Below are positions 51,265-59,914 of a stretch of DNA of 62,871 nucleotides, piece by piece. How positions within the stretch are numbered: the first letter of the stretch is position 1; the number at the start of each line of letters is the position of its first letter. Below the pieces are notes generated by a model. That model did no database searches, was not told the origin of the DNA, and saw only the letters and a program-made list of their open reading frames with translations. Source of the DNA: an uncultured bacterium (GTDB lineage Bacteria > Schekmanbacteria > GWA2-38-11 > J061); the NCBI GenBank assembly GCA_964549305.1, contig CAZJVM010000006.1:10201-73071 (forward strand), written 5' to 3'. A program made the translations under genes and the position numbers.

Positions 51265-51498
51265 ATGGAAGCAGATGAAGTACTCGATGCGGTTGGACTT
51301 TACTGTCCCATGCCGATTTTACTCACGACTAAGAAAATTAAAGAGCTTAAAAAGGGCCAGATACTTGAAGTCATCGCCGATGACGAAGGAATAGTGAAGG
51401 ATATGCCTTCGTGGTGCAAGACAACAGGAAATGAATTCGTAAAAATCGAAAAAGACGACGACCAGTTTCACGTCTTCGTCAAGAAGATGGCTGAATAA
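51265..51498 (+). CDS. tusA: TusA/SirA sulfur-transfer protein
   Basis: LDAVGLYCPMP...LEVIADD...DMPSWC. Confidence 0.88.
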   Translation: MEADEVLDAVGLYCPMPILLTTKKIKELKKGQILEVIADDEGIVKDMPSWCKTTGNEFVKIEKDDDQFHVFVKKMAE

Positions 51499-51528
51499 CA
51501 TCTTCAATATTGCTTTCTGAAAATCACT

Positions 51529-51560
51529 GTGACAGGCAATTTGCCTGTCACGCTTTTTTT
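51529..51560 (+). terminator. Rho-independent terminator after isc/tusA operon
   Basis: GTGACAGGC-AATTT-GCCTGTCAC followed by GC and a T-tract. Confidence 0.8.
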
Positions 51561-51568
51561 ATTTCAAA

Positions 51569-52753
51569 TTGAACATTAAAAAAGAAGATTGCTATCCCGT
51601 ATTTGAAGAAGGCGTTTATTTAAAAATTCTCGAAGAGCCCTGCGTCTACAACACCGAAAACGACGAGCTTTATGAAATTAACGACGAGGCAGTGGAATTT
51701 TTGGAAAAATGCAACGGCCTAAATCCACTTTCAGCGCTCTCCTATGACGAGGAATTCCTCGCATACTGCATTGATGAAAAACTTTTATGCCTTAAACAGG
51801 AAAAGAAGAAATTTTTTCAGCCCCAACCTCTGAAAAAACCGCCGTTTCCCTCCCTGAGATATCTCGAACTTCAGGTTACCGACAGGTGCAACCTTGCCTG
51901 CAGGCACTGCTATCTTGGAAAATCAAAGAAGCGGGATCTCGACGCAGGGACGATGGAATCGGTTTTCAAGCAGTTTGAAGTGATGCAGGGACTCAGAATG
52001 ATAATCTCGGGAGGCGAACCTCTTATGCATCCCGAATTTTGGAAAATCAATGAAATGCTAAAAGGGCGAAGTTTCAGGTCAATACTTCTTACAAACGGCA
52101 CTCTCCTGACAAAAGACAACATCGGAACAATCAATGTAGGGGAATATCAGATAAGCGTTGACGGTTTGCAGGAATCACATGACGCATTCAGGGGGAAGGG
52201 GACGTTCAAAAAAGCGATGGATGCTGTAGAGATGCTCATAAAAAACGGCAAAGACGTTTCTGTGGGCACAATGGTCAACAGATACAACCGGAACGATTTT
52301 CCCGAAATGGAAGAACTTTTCACAACGCTTGGAGTCAGGGAGTGGTCAGTGGATATACCCGTCGAGATGGGTTATGCCCGGGGACAGTCCGCCTCAATAT
52401 TTTTGCCTGCAAACGAGGCGTCGGCATATCTCCGATTCGGATTCGGAGGAGGACTCTACAAGTCTTCCGGAGATTATGTGTGCGGCGCGCACCTTTGCGC
52501 GGTAACGCCTTCCGGCGATGTATGCAAATGCGGCTTTTACGCCGATTCCCCTTCGGGAAACATAAAGGATAAAACTCTCAAAACTTGCTGGGAAAAAATA
52601 GAGAAGGGTAAACTCGGCGACCTTGAATGCGGGAGATGCGAATATCTATCGGAATGCAGGGGCGGATGTCGTTACAGGGCTTTTATGGAAGGCACAGAAA
52701 AGGGCGTGGATTCGGTAAAATGCTTTTTTTTCGGTGTAAAGAAATCTTTGTAA
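51569..52753 (+). CDS. Radical SAM/SPASM peptide maturase with N-terminal RRE (PqqD-like) domain
   Basis: VYNTENDELYEINDEAVEFLEKCNG (RRE-like); CNLACRHC; SGGEP; SPASM CGA...CKC...CGRCEYLSECRGGC...C; start codon uncertain (TTG). Confidence 0.87.
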   Translation: MNIKKEDCYPVFEEGVYLKILEEPCVYNTENDELYEINDEAVEFLEKCNGLNPLSALSYDEEFLAYCIDEKLLCLKQEKKKFFQPQPLKKPPFPSLRYLELQVTDRCNLACRHCYLGKSKKRDLDAGTMESVFKQFEVMQGLRMIISGGEPLMHPEFWKINEMLKGRSFRSILLTNGTLLTKDNIGTINVGEYQISVDGLQESHDAFRGKGTFKKAMDAVEMLIKNGKDVSVGTMVNRYNRNDFPEMEELFTTLGVREWSVDIPVEMGYARGQSASIFLPANEASAYLRFGFGGGLYKSSGDYVCGAHLCAVTPSGDVCKCGFYADSPSGNIKDKTLKTCWEKIEKGKLGDLECGRCEYLSECRGGCRYRAFMEGTEKGVDSVKCFFFGVKKSL

Positions 52754-52828
52754 AACAAGGCGTGTCACTGTAAAATTCAAAATATTTACAATTTTTTTAA
52801 AAAATTTCTTGAAATTAAACTTGTCTTT

Positions 52829-52834
52829 TATAAT
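52829..52834 (+). promoter_or_regulatory. Candidate sigma70 -10 box for small peptide gene
   Basis: Exact TATAAT about 48 nt before GTG; -35 is poor. Confidence 0.35.
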
Positions 52835-52881
52835 GATAGATAGTGTTACTCCTAACATAAAAGTTGAAAGGAGGTGATATC

Positions 52882-52944
52882 GTGAAAATCAGAAAGGTAT
52901 CAAAATCAACATCATCAACCTGCAAATGTAAATCATCCTGCTAA
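52882..52944 (+). CDS. Putative RiPP precursor peptide, 20 aa, MKIRKVSKSTSSTCKCKSSC (absent from ORF track)
   Basis: Extended SD AAAGGAGGTGAT just before GTG; three Cys in last 7 residues; adjacent to RRE-rSAM/SPASM; followed by terminator. Confidence 0.8.
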   Translation: MKIRKVSKSTSSTCKCKSSC

Positions 52945-52959
52945 CAGCACTCAAATTCT

Positions 52960-53000
52960 AAAGGGAAAGCGTTTTCATTTTCGCTTTCCCTTTCTTTTTT
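52960..53000 (+). terminator. Rho-independent terminator after peptide gene
   Basis: AAAGGGAAAGCG-N10-CGCTTTCCCTTT 12-bp perfect stem plus T-tract. Confidence 0.85.
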
Positions 53001-54337
53001 TAAAGGGCGGAAATTTTACAGAGGAAGTCCTCTATCATAAGCTGTGAATTGAAATTGTAGTTGAGTTTTCCCGAAAGACTGCAGGAGAGAAAAAATATCT
53101 TTTCAAGCCTCTTTTCATCGTTTTCGCTTCTTGGCATCAATACTTCGAGCTCTTTTTCGTCAAGAGACAGTCCCTCGCGCGCGCCCTTTGCATAAAAGAT
53201 GATGTCCCTGATGATACGCCTGAAACAATTCAGGGAAACTCTTACTCCTTCAGGGTCTGCGCCCTGGGAAAGAAAACCGTATTCTCCCGAAAGAGATGAA
53301 AGAGAAAATTCTCTTTTCCTGAAATCTTTTGCCAGAATCCGGGCTGCAAATTTTTTCACTTCACCGGTATCAAAGGAAAGCATATTCAGGGCAGTGCCAG
53401 GACTTCCTGCAGAAAAGGGATAAACTTCTTCGATAAAATCTTTTCCCGCAGGAAGAATCTTTTCCATTATCTCGAAAAAATCCTCTTTTGCAAGAAGGGG
53501 AAATCCTATGGTTTCGCACCTTGACCTTATCGTTTGAAGAAGTCCCGAGGGTTTTGAGGTAATCAAAACAAGAACGGAATTTGCAGGGGGTTCCTCGAGA
53601 GTTTTCAAAAGCGCGTCGGCCGCCTCTTCGGTGATATTATGGGCATTGTCTATGATAAAAACTTTTCTTCTGCCGGAATTGGGTTTCAGGTAGATGTCTC
53701 TGATTATTCCCCTTATTCCCCTGTTTCCGATGGGAAGTCTCTCCTTATAGGAATAAATATACATCGACACCAACTGCCTTAAAAGGGAAGACGCAAGCAA
53801 TGATTCTCTGACTAATTTTTCACAATACTTCTCCACCGCCTGATTGTCTATGCAGAAAGAATTGTCTGTTTTGTCCTTAGTAAAAAGAATCTCCTGATTC
53901 AATATTACTGAATCGGCGCAGGCGTCATAATCATTCAATCTTTCGCCGAGAAAGATTAAACCACTCTCTTCCATTAATTTCAGAGCATCCATATATTCGC
54001 GTAAAGACAAAGCACCGGACTTATCTTTTTTTGACACTGCATCAATCATTTCCCGTCGCCCGATCCAAAGCTTTTCTGACACATTGCGATATACTCTTAT
54101 GTCAGGATGAAAGGTGTAGGGAGTATGCAGTTGCGTGCAGTTTTCACATTTTCCGCAGGGTTTCATCCCCTTGTCGTCAAGGCAATTCAGCGCCTTCGCG
54201 AATACCGTTGCCGTAAGCTTTTTCCCTACCCCCGAAGGTCCCTGAAAAATAAATGAATGGGGAAGTGTTTTCTTCCCAAGGGCATGTCCCAGCATTGAAA
54301 CCGCCTTTTCGTGACCCCTTATTTTACTGAAATCCAT
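53000..54337 (-). CDS. holB: DNA polymerase III delta' subunit with large insertion
   Basis: HSFIFQGPSGVGKK, PCGKCENC, HPDI, ALLKTLEEPP, TIRSRC. Confidence 0.9.
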   Translation of the reverse strand: MDFSKIRGHEKAVSMLGHALGKKTLPHSFIFQGPSGVGKKLTATVFAKALNCLDDKGMKPCGKCENCTQLHTPYTFHPDIRVYRNVSEKLWIGRREMIDAVSKKDKSGALSLREYMDALKLMEESGLIFLGERLNDYDACADSVILNQEILFTKDKTDNSFCIDNQAVEKYCEKLVRESLLASSLLRQLVSMYIYSYKERLPIGNRGIRGIIRDIYLKPNSGRRKVFIIDNAHNITEEAADALLKTLEEPPANSVLVLITSKPSGLLQTIRSRCETIGFPLLAKEDFFEIMEKILPAGKDFIEEVYPFSAGSPGTALNMLSFDTGEVKKFAARILAKDFRKREFSLSSLSGEYGFLSQGADPEGVRVSLNCFRRIIRDIIFYAKGAREGLSLDEKELEVLMPRSENDEKRLEKIFFLSCSLSGKLNYNFNSQLMIEDFLCKISAL

Positions 54338-54361
54338 TTTAACTGCTCCTACCCCTCTTAT

Positions 54362-55465
54362 TTAAAGCGATACAAGGGAAAAAATCATTTTCTCCGCTAT
54401 AAGGTCCTTTGAAAGAGCGGAAGTTTTTAGCTCTATGTCAATTGCGGCAAGCACTTCGACTGCATTACCCGCAGATTCGGCAGAGAAACTCAGCGCCGAA
54501 ATCATCATCTTGTAAAGATAGTAGGGATGCCCCGAAATGAGCGACGACCTTTCAGAAGGATATTGTTGAGAAAACTCGCCAAGGAGTGGGTATATCCTGT
54601 TTTTAAAGTCATTGTACCTCATTGCTGCGCTGACTCTGCCTATTTTCATCATTTTCATAAAATCGAAAAACTGCAGGAAGGAATGAATCCTCTTTGAAAT
54701 GAGAAAAATAATCTTAGTGTGTTCTTCTCCGTTTTTGAGCATTCTTCTCAGAAGGTTGAGAGAAACGGCGACATTCTTGCTTCCTATGGAGTCGAGAAAA
54801 TCGAATATGAGTGTTTCATTAGTGGCAACAACCATTGACTGCACATCCCTCTTCGTAATCGCTTTCTTCGCGTTTGCGAAAAAAAGCATCATCTTGTCGG
54901 ATTCGATTATAGTTTTCGCGTAATCGAAATCGCACCTTGAAACTATTTCCATAATGGCATCAGGTTGCGCGGAAAATCCTTTTTCATCAAAATATCTCTT
55001 TGTTATGGCAGGCAAATCCGACTTTCCCATATTGCTCTCTTTTCTAAAATCAAGAAGCTCGGCATTTTTCCTGGACCAGCCGTAAAAAAACTTTCTTTTA
55101 TCCTTTATAAATTCACTTAAAATAATAAGATAGTTTCCTTCAGGAATACCTTTTTCAAGCTCGGAGCAAAAATCCTTCTGCTCTTTTTCTCCTATCTTCC
55201 CCATATCCCAATCGCAGAGACATACCGCCTTCTGTCCGGGGAAAAAAGGTCTTGTCATAAGCGTTGAAAGAATATCGGGAATGTCGGGATGATTCTCCGC
55301 GAAAGATTCAAGGTTAGTCGAGGCGTCTTCTCCTAAAAGGAAATCCGTAATTTTTGACAATGCCTCCTTCATCATTCCCCTCTCATCGCCCGTTATCACC
55401 ACAAAAGGGAGACATTTGCCCGAAGTAATTTTGTCGAGAAGCTTTTTTAACGCTTTTTCGGAAAT
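54362..55465 (-). CDS. holA: DNA polymerase III delta subunit (probable ATT start at 55465; ORF track starts at GTG 55402)
   Basis: VITGDE, TRPFF, ESDKM, IFDFLDSI, HPY, IDIELKTS; adjacent to holB. Confidence 0.8.
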   Translation of the reverse strand: MSEKALKKLLDKITSGKCLPFVVITGDERGMMKEALSKITDFLLGEDASTNLESFAENHPDIPDILSTLMTRPFFPGQKAVCLCDWDMGKIGEKEQKDFCSELEKGIPEGNYLIILSEFIKDKRKFFYGWSRKNAELLDFRKESNMGKSDLPAITKRYFDEKGFSAQPDAIMEIVSRCDFDYAKTIIESDKMMLFFANAKKAITKRDVQSMVVATNETLIFDFLDSIGSKNVAVSLNLLRRMLKNGEEHTKIIFLISKRIHSFLQFFDFMKMMKIGRVSAAMRYNDFKNRIYPLLGEFSQQYPSERSSLISGHPYYLYKMMISALSFSAESAGNAVEVLAAIDIELKTSALSKDLIAEKMIFSLVSL

Positions 55466-55585
55466 TTTTTATCCCCTTTATTTTATGAATTGCTCTGTGT
55501 TAAATATCGAAGAGCTTTTGATTTGACAAGATGATATATTGTAGCATAGATTTTTTTAAAGGAAACCTTCTTTAAAATACAAAAA

Positions 55586-57319
55586 ATGAAAACAATAAGA
55601 GTCGCAATCGCGCAAATTAACACAACCGTAGGGAACATTTCGGGAAACAGCGAAAGGATAATCGATTCCATAAAAAGAGCGAAAAAGGAGAGCGTTAACA
55701 TAATCACTTTCCCAGAGCTTGCTATTACGGGATACCCGCCGAAAGACCTTCTTATAAAAAGAAAGTTCATAAAAGAAAATATCTCCGCTCTGGATAAAAT
55801 AAGGTCTGCTTCCTCAAACATTTCGGTGGTGGTGGGGTTTGTCAATTTCTCAAAGGGTAATATTTACAACTCGGCTGCGCTCATTCAAAACAAAAAATTG
55901 TCTGCCGTTCAAAATAAAATACATCTTCCTAATTACGACGTATTCGATGAAAAACGCTATTTCACACCAGCGGAAAAGAGCATTGTTTTTTCATCAGGCA
56001 CACTGGGCATCGGCATAAGCATATGCGAGGATATATGGATAAAGGGATTCCCCGTAAAAAATCAGGCGCTGGCAGGGGCGCAGATACTCATCAACATTTC
56101 GGCATCTCCCTACCACGCGGGACGTCCCGCATTCAGAAGGAAGATGCTCCCGGCAAGGTGCAGGGAAACAAAATCCGCGCTTGTTTTCAACAACCTCGTG
56201 GGCGGACAGGACGACCTTGTTTTTGACGGAAACAGTATGATAATCGGTCACAGGGGAAATACCTTGCGGGAAGCGAAAAGTTTTTGCGAAGACTTCATAT
56301 GGGCTGACATTGATTTTGAAGAGATAGGAAAATCCCGCTCCACTGCCACGGGAAAAAAATGTTCCGCCATAATTCCTGTGTCTGTAAATTTCAACATCAA
56401 AAAGAAAAAGAGCGCCGCCAATGGGCAACAAAGGCGCGCCGCAAAGAAGAAAGCGCTTTCACTGTCTCTTATTAAAACGGAGGAAATTTACAACGCCCTC
56501 GTACTGGGAGTAAAAGATTATGTAAGAAAAAACGGTTTCAGTAAGGCAGTACTGGGATTGAGCGGAGGAATCGATTCATCTCTTGTTGCAGTAATCGCCA
56601 GAGATGCTTTGGGGAGTGAAAATGTCACGGGAATAGCGATGCCCACATCAATTTCCTCATCCCACAGCGTTGAAGATGCCGAAAAACTCGCGAAAAATCT
56701 TGCCGTAAATTTTAAAATTATAAAGATACAAAGCGTTTTCGATGAATATCTGAAGCTTCTCTCTCCTGTTTTTAAAGGACTCAAATGGGGGGTTGCCGAA
56801 GAAAACATTCAGGCAAGGATTAGAGGCAATCTGCTTATGGCGCTTTCAAACAAATTCGGATGCCTTCTTCTTTCAACGGGAAACAAATCGGAATTAAGCG
56901 TGGGCTATGCCACGCTTTACGGCGATATGGCAGGCGGACTCGCCGTGATTTCAGATGTGCCGAAAACCCTGGTCTACCGCCTCGCCCGTTACAGAAACCG
57001 CGTCACGGGAAAAGACATCATTCCTCGACGGTGTATAACCAAACCGCCCTCCGCTGAACTGAGTCCCGACCAGAAGGATACAGACTCGCTTCCCGAATAT
57101 GAGGTGCTTGACAGGATACTGCATCTTTATGTTGAAGAAGACCGAAGCCTCGAAGAAATCGTAAAGCTTGGAGTTGACAGAAAAACCGCGCGTGAAGTGA
57201 TTCTTAAAATAGACGGCAATGAATATAAAAGGCAGCAGGCAGCGCCCGGAATAAGAATAACCTCAAGAGCTTTCGGTTCGGGAAGAAGAATTCCCATAAC
57301 AAACAAATACAGGGGTTGA
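55586..57319 (+). CDS. nadE: Glutamine-dependent NAD+ synthetase
   Basis: Nitrilase domain FPEL/LPNYDVFDEKRYF/ICEDIW; GLSGGIDSS, ENIQARIRG, TGNKSE, PPSAEL. Confidence 0.96.
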   Translation: MKTIRVAIAQINTTVGNISGNSERIIDSIKRAKKESVNIITFPELAITGYPPKDLLIKRKFIKENISALDKIRSASSNISVVVGFVNFSKGNIYNSAALIQNKKLSAVQNKIHLPNYDVFDEKRYFTPAEKSIVFSSGTLGIGISICEDIWIKGFPVKNQALAGAQILINISASPYHAGRPAFRRKMLPARCRETKSALVFNNLVGGQDDLVFDGNSMIIGHRGNTLREAKSFCEDFIWADIDFEEIGKSRSTATGKKCSAIIPVSVNFNIKKKKSAANGQQRRAAKKKALSLSLIKTEEIYNALVLGVKDYVRKNGFSKAVLGLSGGIDSSLVAVIARDALGSENVTGIAMPTSISSSHSVEDAEKLAKNLAVNFKIIKIQSVFDEYLKLLSPVFKGLKWGVAEENIQARIRGNLLMALSNKFGCLLLSTGNKSELSVGYATLYGDMAGGLAVISDVPKTLVYRLARYRNRVTGKDIIPRRCITKPPSAELSPDQKDTDSLPEYEVLDRILHLYVEEDRSLEEIVKLGVDRKTAREVILKIDGNEYKRQQAAPGIRITSRAFGSGRRIPITNKYRG

Positions 57320-57323
57320 ATCC

Positions 57324-59837
57324 TTATCCTCCTGCAGTTGCCTGAAGTGTAATAGGGCGGTTAACAAAATTTCTGAAAAATCTAAAATCAACTATCTCAT
57401 ATACAAGAGAGGGCGCGTTCCCTTCACCGTTTCCCCGTAGCGGCGTATGAGGCATTGTTTCAAGGGAAAGGAGAAGCGCTTTTCCGTCATTCCTGATAAC
57501 AGCTTCGATAAAATTTGCCGAATGATTGACTTTAAGCCGAAGGGCGTAAAATATTACCGCTTCGATAAACTCCGAAACGCCCATATCATCTTCCGGAAGA
57601 TTGTAATACTTTCTGTAATAGACATAGTACGTATAGAGGTCTTTAAGTGAGTCAATCTCGTCTTCTATCTGCCGGCAATTAAGACGGCTTCTGAATATCT
57701 CTATACCGCTCCTTGTTCCCTGATTAATTGACAAAACCATGCTGTCGGGGAAAACCGTTTTACCTTCACCGGAGTTACCCTCCGCATTTTCAACAGGCGC
57801 AACGTCTTTGCCGTTGCCTTCATTATCATTTGTTCCCGAAACTTCGATTACTTCCTTTTTATCCTCCTCTTCATCATAAATACTCTTTACGTCTTCATCA
57901 TGGTCCTCATACTGCTTTTTCGATACTTCAAAAATGTCATTTACAGACCTCGGTATGTATCCGTCGACTTCGGCGTGGAAAACCACCCTGTTTATTTCAT
58001 CGAGTGTCGTTAATCCGCAAAGCGCCTTGTAAACGCCGTCTTCTCTGATTGAAAGAAGATTTGCCTCGTGGCGCGCTATATTTCTAATCTGCGACGATGG
58101 CCTCTTTTTAAGTATTGCATCCCTTATGGCATCATTTACAACAAGCAATTCGTGAATTGCCGACCTTCCCTTAAATCCCGTATCATTGCATTTATCACAG
58201 CCTTCCCCCCTGTAAAATTTATGCGCTCTTGCCTCCGCGGGTGTTATCTTAAAGGATTTCAAAAGGTCTCTGCTTATGGTTTTATCTTCTGTTTTGCAGT
58301 TTGGACAGATGTTTCTCACAAGGCGCTGTGATATTACGGAGACGACTGTCGAGGAAACGAGAAATGTGTCGATTCCCATATCAAGAAGTCGCAGGAGAGC
58401 GCCCGTGGTATCGTCCGTATGGAATGACGTCAAAACCTTGTGCCCCGTAAGCGCCGCCTGAATGGTCGCTTCTGCGCCTTCGTTATCTCTTATTTCTCCC
58501 ACCATAAGCACATCGGGGTCCTGACGCATCATCGATTTTATGAAATCCATATAGGTCATACCGAGCTTCGGGTCGAGCTTTCCCTGTATGACTCCGTCAA
58601 TCATATATTCTACAGGGTCTTCAACGGTAATTATTGCGAGGTTCTTGTTGTTTAGATATGACAGAGAAGCGTAAAGCGTGGTACTCTTTCCTGAGCCGGT
58701 GGGGCCCGTAACGAGAATAACACCTGAAGGATAATTTAGTATTGTCTTGTAACGAAAATGGTTTATGGGGGAAAAACCGAGATTTTCCATATCGATTAGC
58801 GACGTATGGCGCGCCAGAAGCCTTATTACGACAGTCTCTCCGAATGTGGAGGCATATGTGGAAACCCTGAGGTCAACCTCCTTTCCGAGTATTGACGCCG
58901 TTATCTTGCCGTCTTGATGCCGTCTTTTTTCCGCAATATCGAGTCCGCATACTGCTTTTATTCTCGATGCGACGCTTAGCGCCATTGAAATCGGAAGGTC
59001 TGTCTTATGAAACAAAACTCCGTCGATTCTGTATCTTATCCTGAGACGGTTAAGCTGCGGCTCAATATGTACGTCGCTTGCCCCTTCGTTGAAAGCATTG
59101 AGAAGTATGTAGTTGACGATTGATACAGTTTTGTCGTCGCTTTTCCCGAGGTCGACATTTCCTATTACAAGACGCCCGTAGGCATTGTATGTTTTTCCCT
59201 TATGCTGATCTAATTTCTTGAGGTTATAATTTTCATAAACAAGACTTATTGCAGATAAAATTTCATTCTTCGATGCGATTCCGATTATAAGCTTGTTCTT
59301 TATTTTCGCCTGCATTCCGCTTATAGTCTTCTCGTCGAAGGGGTTTGCCATAATAACGGTTGTTGTGTCTTTATCTGCGAATACGGGAATAAAGAAGTTT
59401 GCCTCGAGAAACTTCCTGTTAAAAACTCTTACAATATCAAAGTTTATAATATGGGAATCGGGTTTCATCCGCGGAATGTCAAACTGCTGGCTTAGAGCAA
59501 GCATCAGCTCATCTTCGGTTATATATCCAAGGTCAATAAGGGCTTCGCCGAGTTTTTTCCCCAGCTCTTTCTGCTTTGCAAGTGCTTCCGTAAGCTGGGA
59601 TTCGCTAATTATTTTTGCCGATGTCAAAAGCTCTCCCATTCTCATCTGCTTCTTGTATGTCTTGAGAAGGACCTTTAATTCCTGGCGGGTGATATATCCT
59701 TTGGAAATTGCAAGTTCGCCGAGTGGCGGTTTTTCCGAAATCTCATTCTGCCTCAGGAGTAGTTGTTCGAGCTCACCCTGGGAGATGAATTTCTCCTTTA
59801 TGAGAATTTCGCCTAATTTTAATTTTTCCGCAATCAT
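57324..59837 (-). CDS. GspE/PilB-family ATPase with tandem MshEN domains and C-terminal extension
   Basis: Four (R/K)LGE.L...G.I-type motifs; ASDVHIEP, GPTGSGKSTT, EDPVE, RQDPDVLMVGEIRD, Zn motif CPNC...GCDKC. Confidence 0.92.
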   Translation of the reverse strand: MIAEKLKLGEILIKEKFISQGELEQLLLRQNEISEKPPLGELAISKGYITRQELKVLLKTYKKQMRMGELLTSAKIISESQLTEALAKQKELGKKLGEALIDLGYITEDELMLALSQQFDIPRMKPDSHIINFDIVRVFNRKFLEANFFIPVFADKDTTTVIMANPFDEKTISGMQAKIKNKLIIGIASKNEILSAISLVYENYNLKKLDQHKGKTYNAYGRLVIGNVDLGKSDDKTVSIVNYILLNAFNEGASDVHIEPQLNRLRIRYRIDGVLFHKTDLPISMALSVASRIKAVCGLDIAEKRRHQDGKITASILGKEVDLRVSTYASTFGETVVIRLLARHTSLIDMENLGFSPINHFRYKTILNYPSGVILVTGPTGSGKSTTLYASLSYLNNKNLAIITVEDPVEYMIDGVIQGKLDPKLGMTYMDFIKSMMRQDPDVLMVGEIRDNEGAEATIQAALTGHKVLTSFHTDDTTGALLRLLDMGIDTFLVSSTVVSVISQRLVRNICPNCKTEDKTISRDLLKSFKITPAEARAHKFYRGEGCDKCNDTGFKGRSAIHELLVVNDAIRDAILKKRPSSQIRNIARHEANLLSIREDGVYKALCGLTTLDEINRVVFHAEVDGYIPRSVNDIFEVSKKQYEDHDEDVKSIYDEEEDKKEVIEVSGTNDNEGNGKDVAPVENAEGNSGEGKTVFPDSMVLSINQGTRSGIEIFRSRLNCRQIEDEIDSLKDLYTYYVYYRKYYNLPEDDMGVSEFIEAVIFYALRLKVNHSANFIEAVIRNDGKALLLSLETMPHTPLRGNGEGNAPSLVYEIVDFRFFRNFVNRPITLQATAGG

Positions 59838-59887
59838 AGCGCTACTATCCTAAAGATACACAAATATCCCTTTTACATAACACTGAT

Positions 59888-59914
59888 AATTCGGATAATA
59901 AGGGCTAAATCTTA
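59888..59914 (-). promoter_or_regulatory. Candidate sigma28 promoter of the ATPase gene
   Basis: Minus strand TAAG-N15-TCCGAATT, about 50 nt upstream of ATG. Confidence 0.5.

Noticed and set aside
48703-52944. Selenocysteine read-through in Nfu, DsrE, TusA or the peptide
   Set aside because: Catalytic positions use Cys codons; the peptide ends in TAA; the DsrE TGA falls at the expected family C-terminus.
53744-54085. HolB insertion as an intein
   Set aside because: No N-terminal Cys/Ser block, no His-Asn end, no endonuclease motifs.
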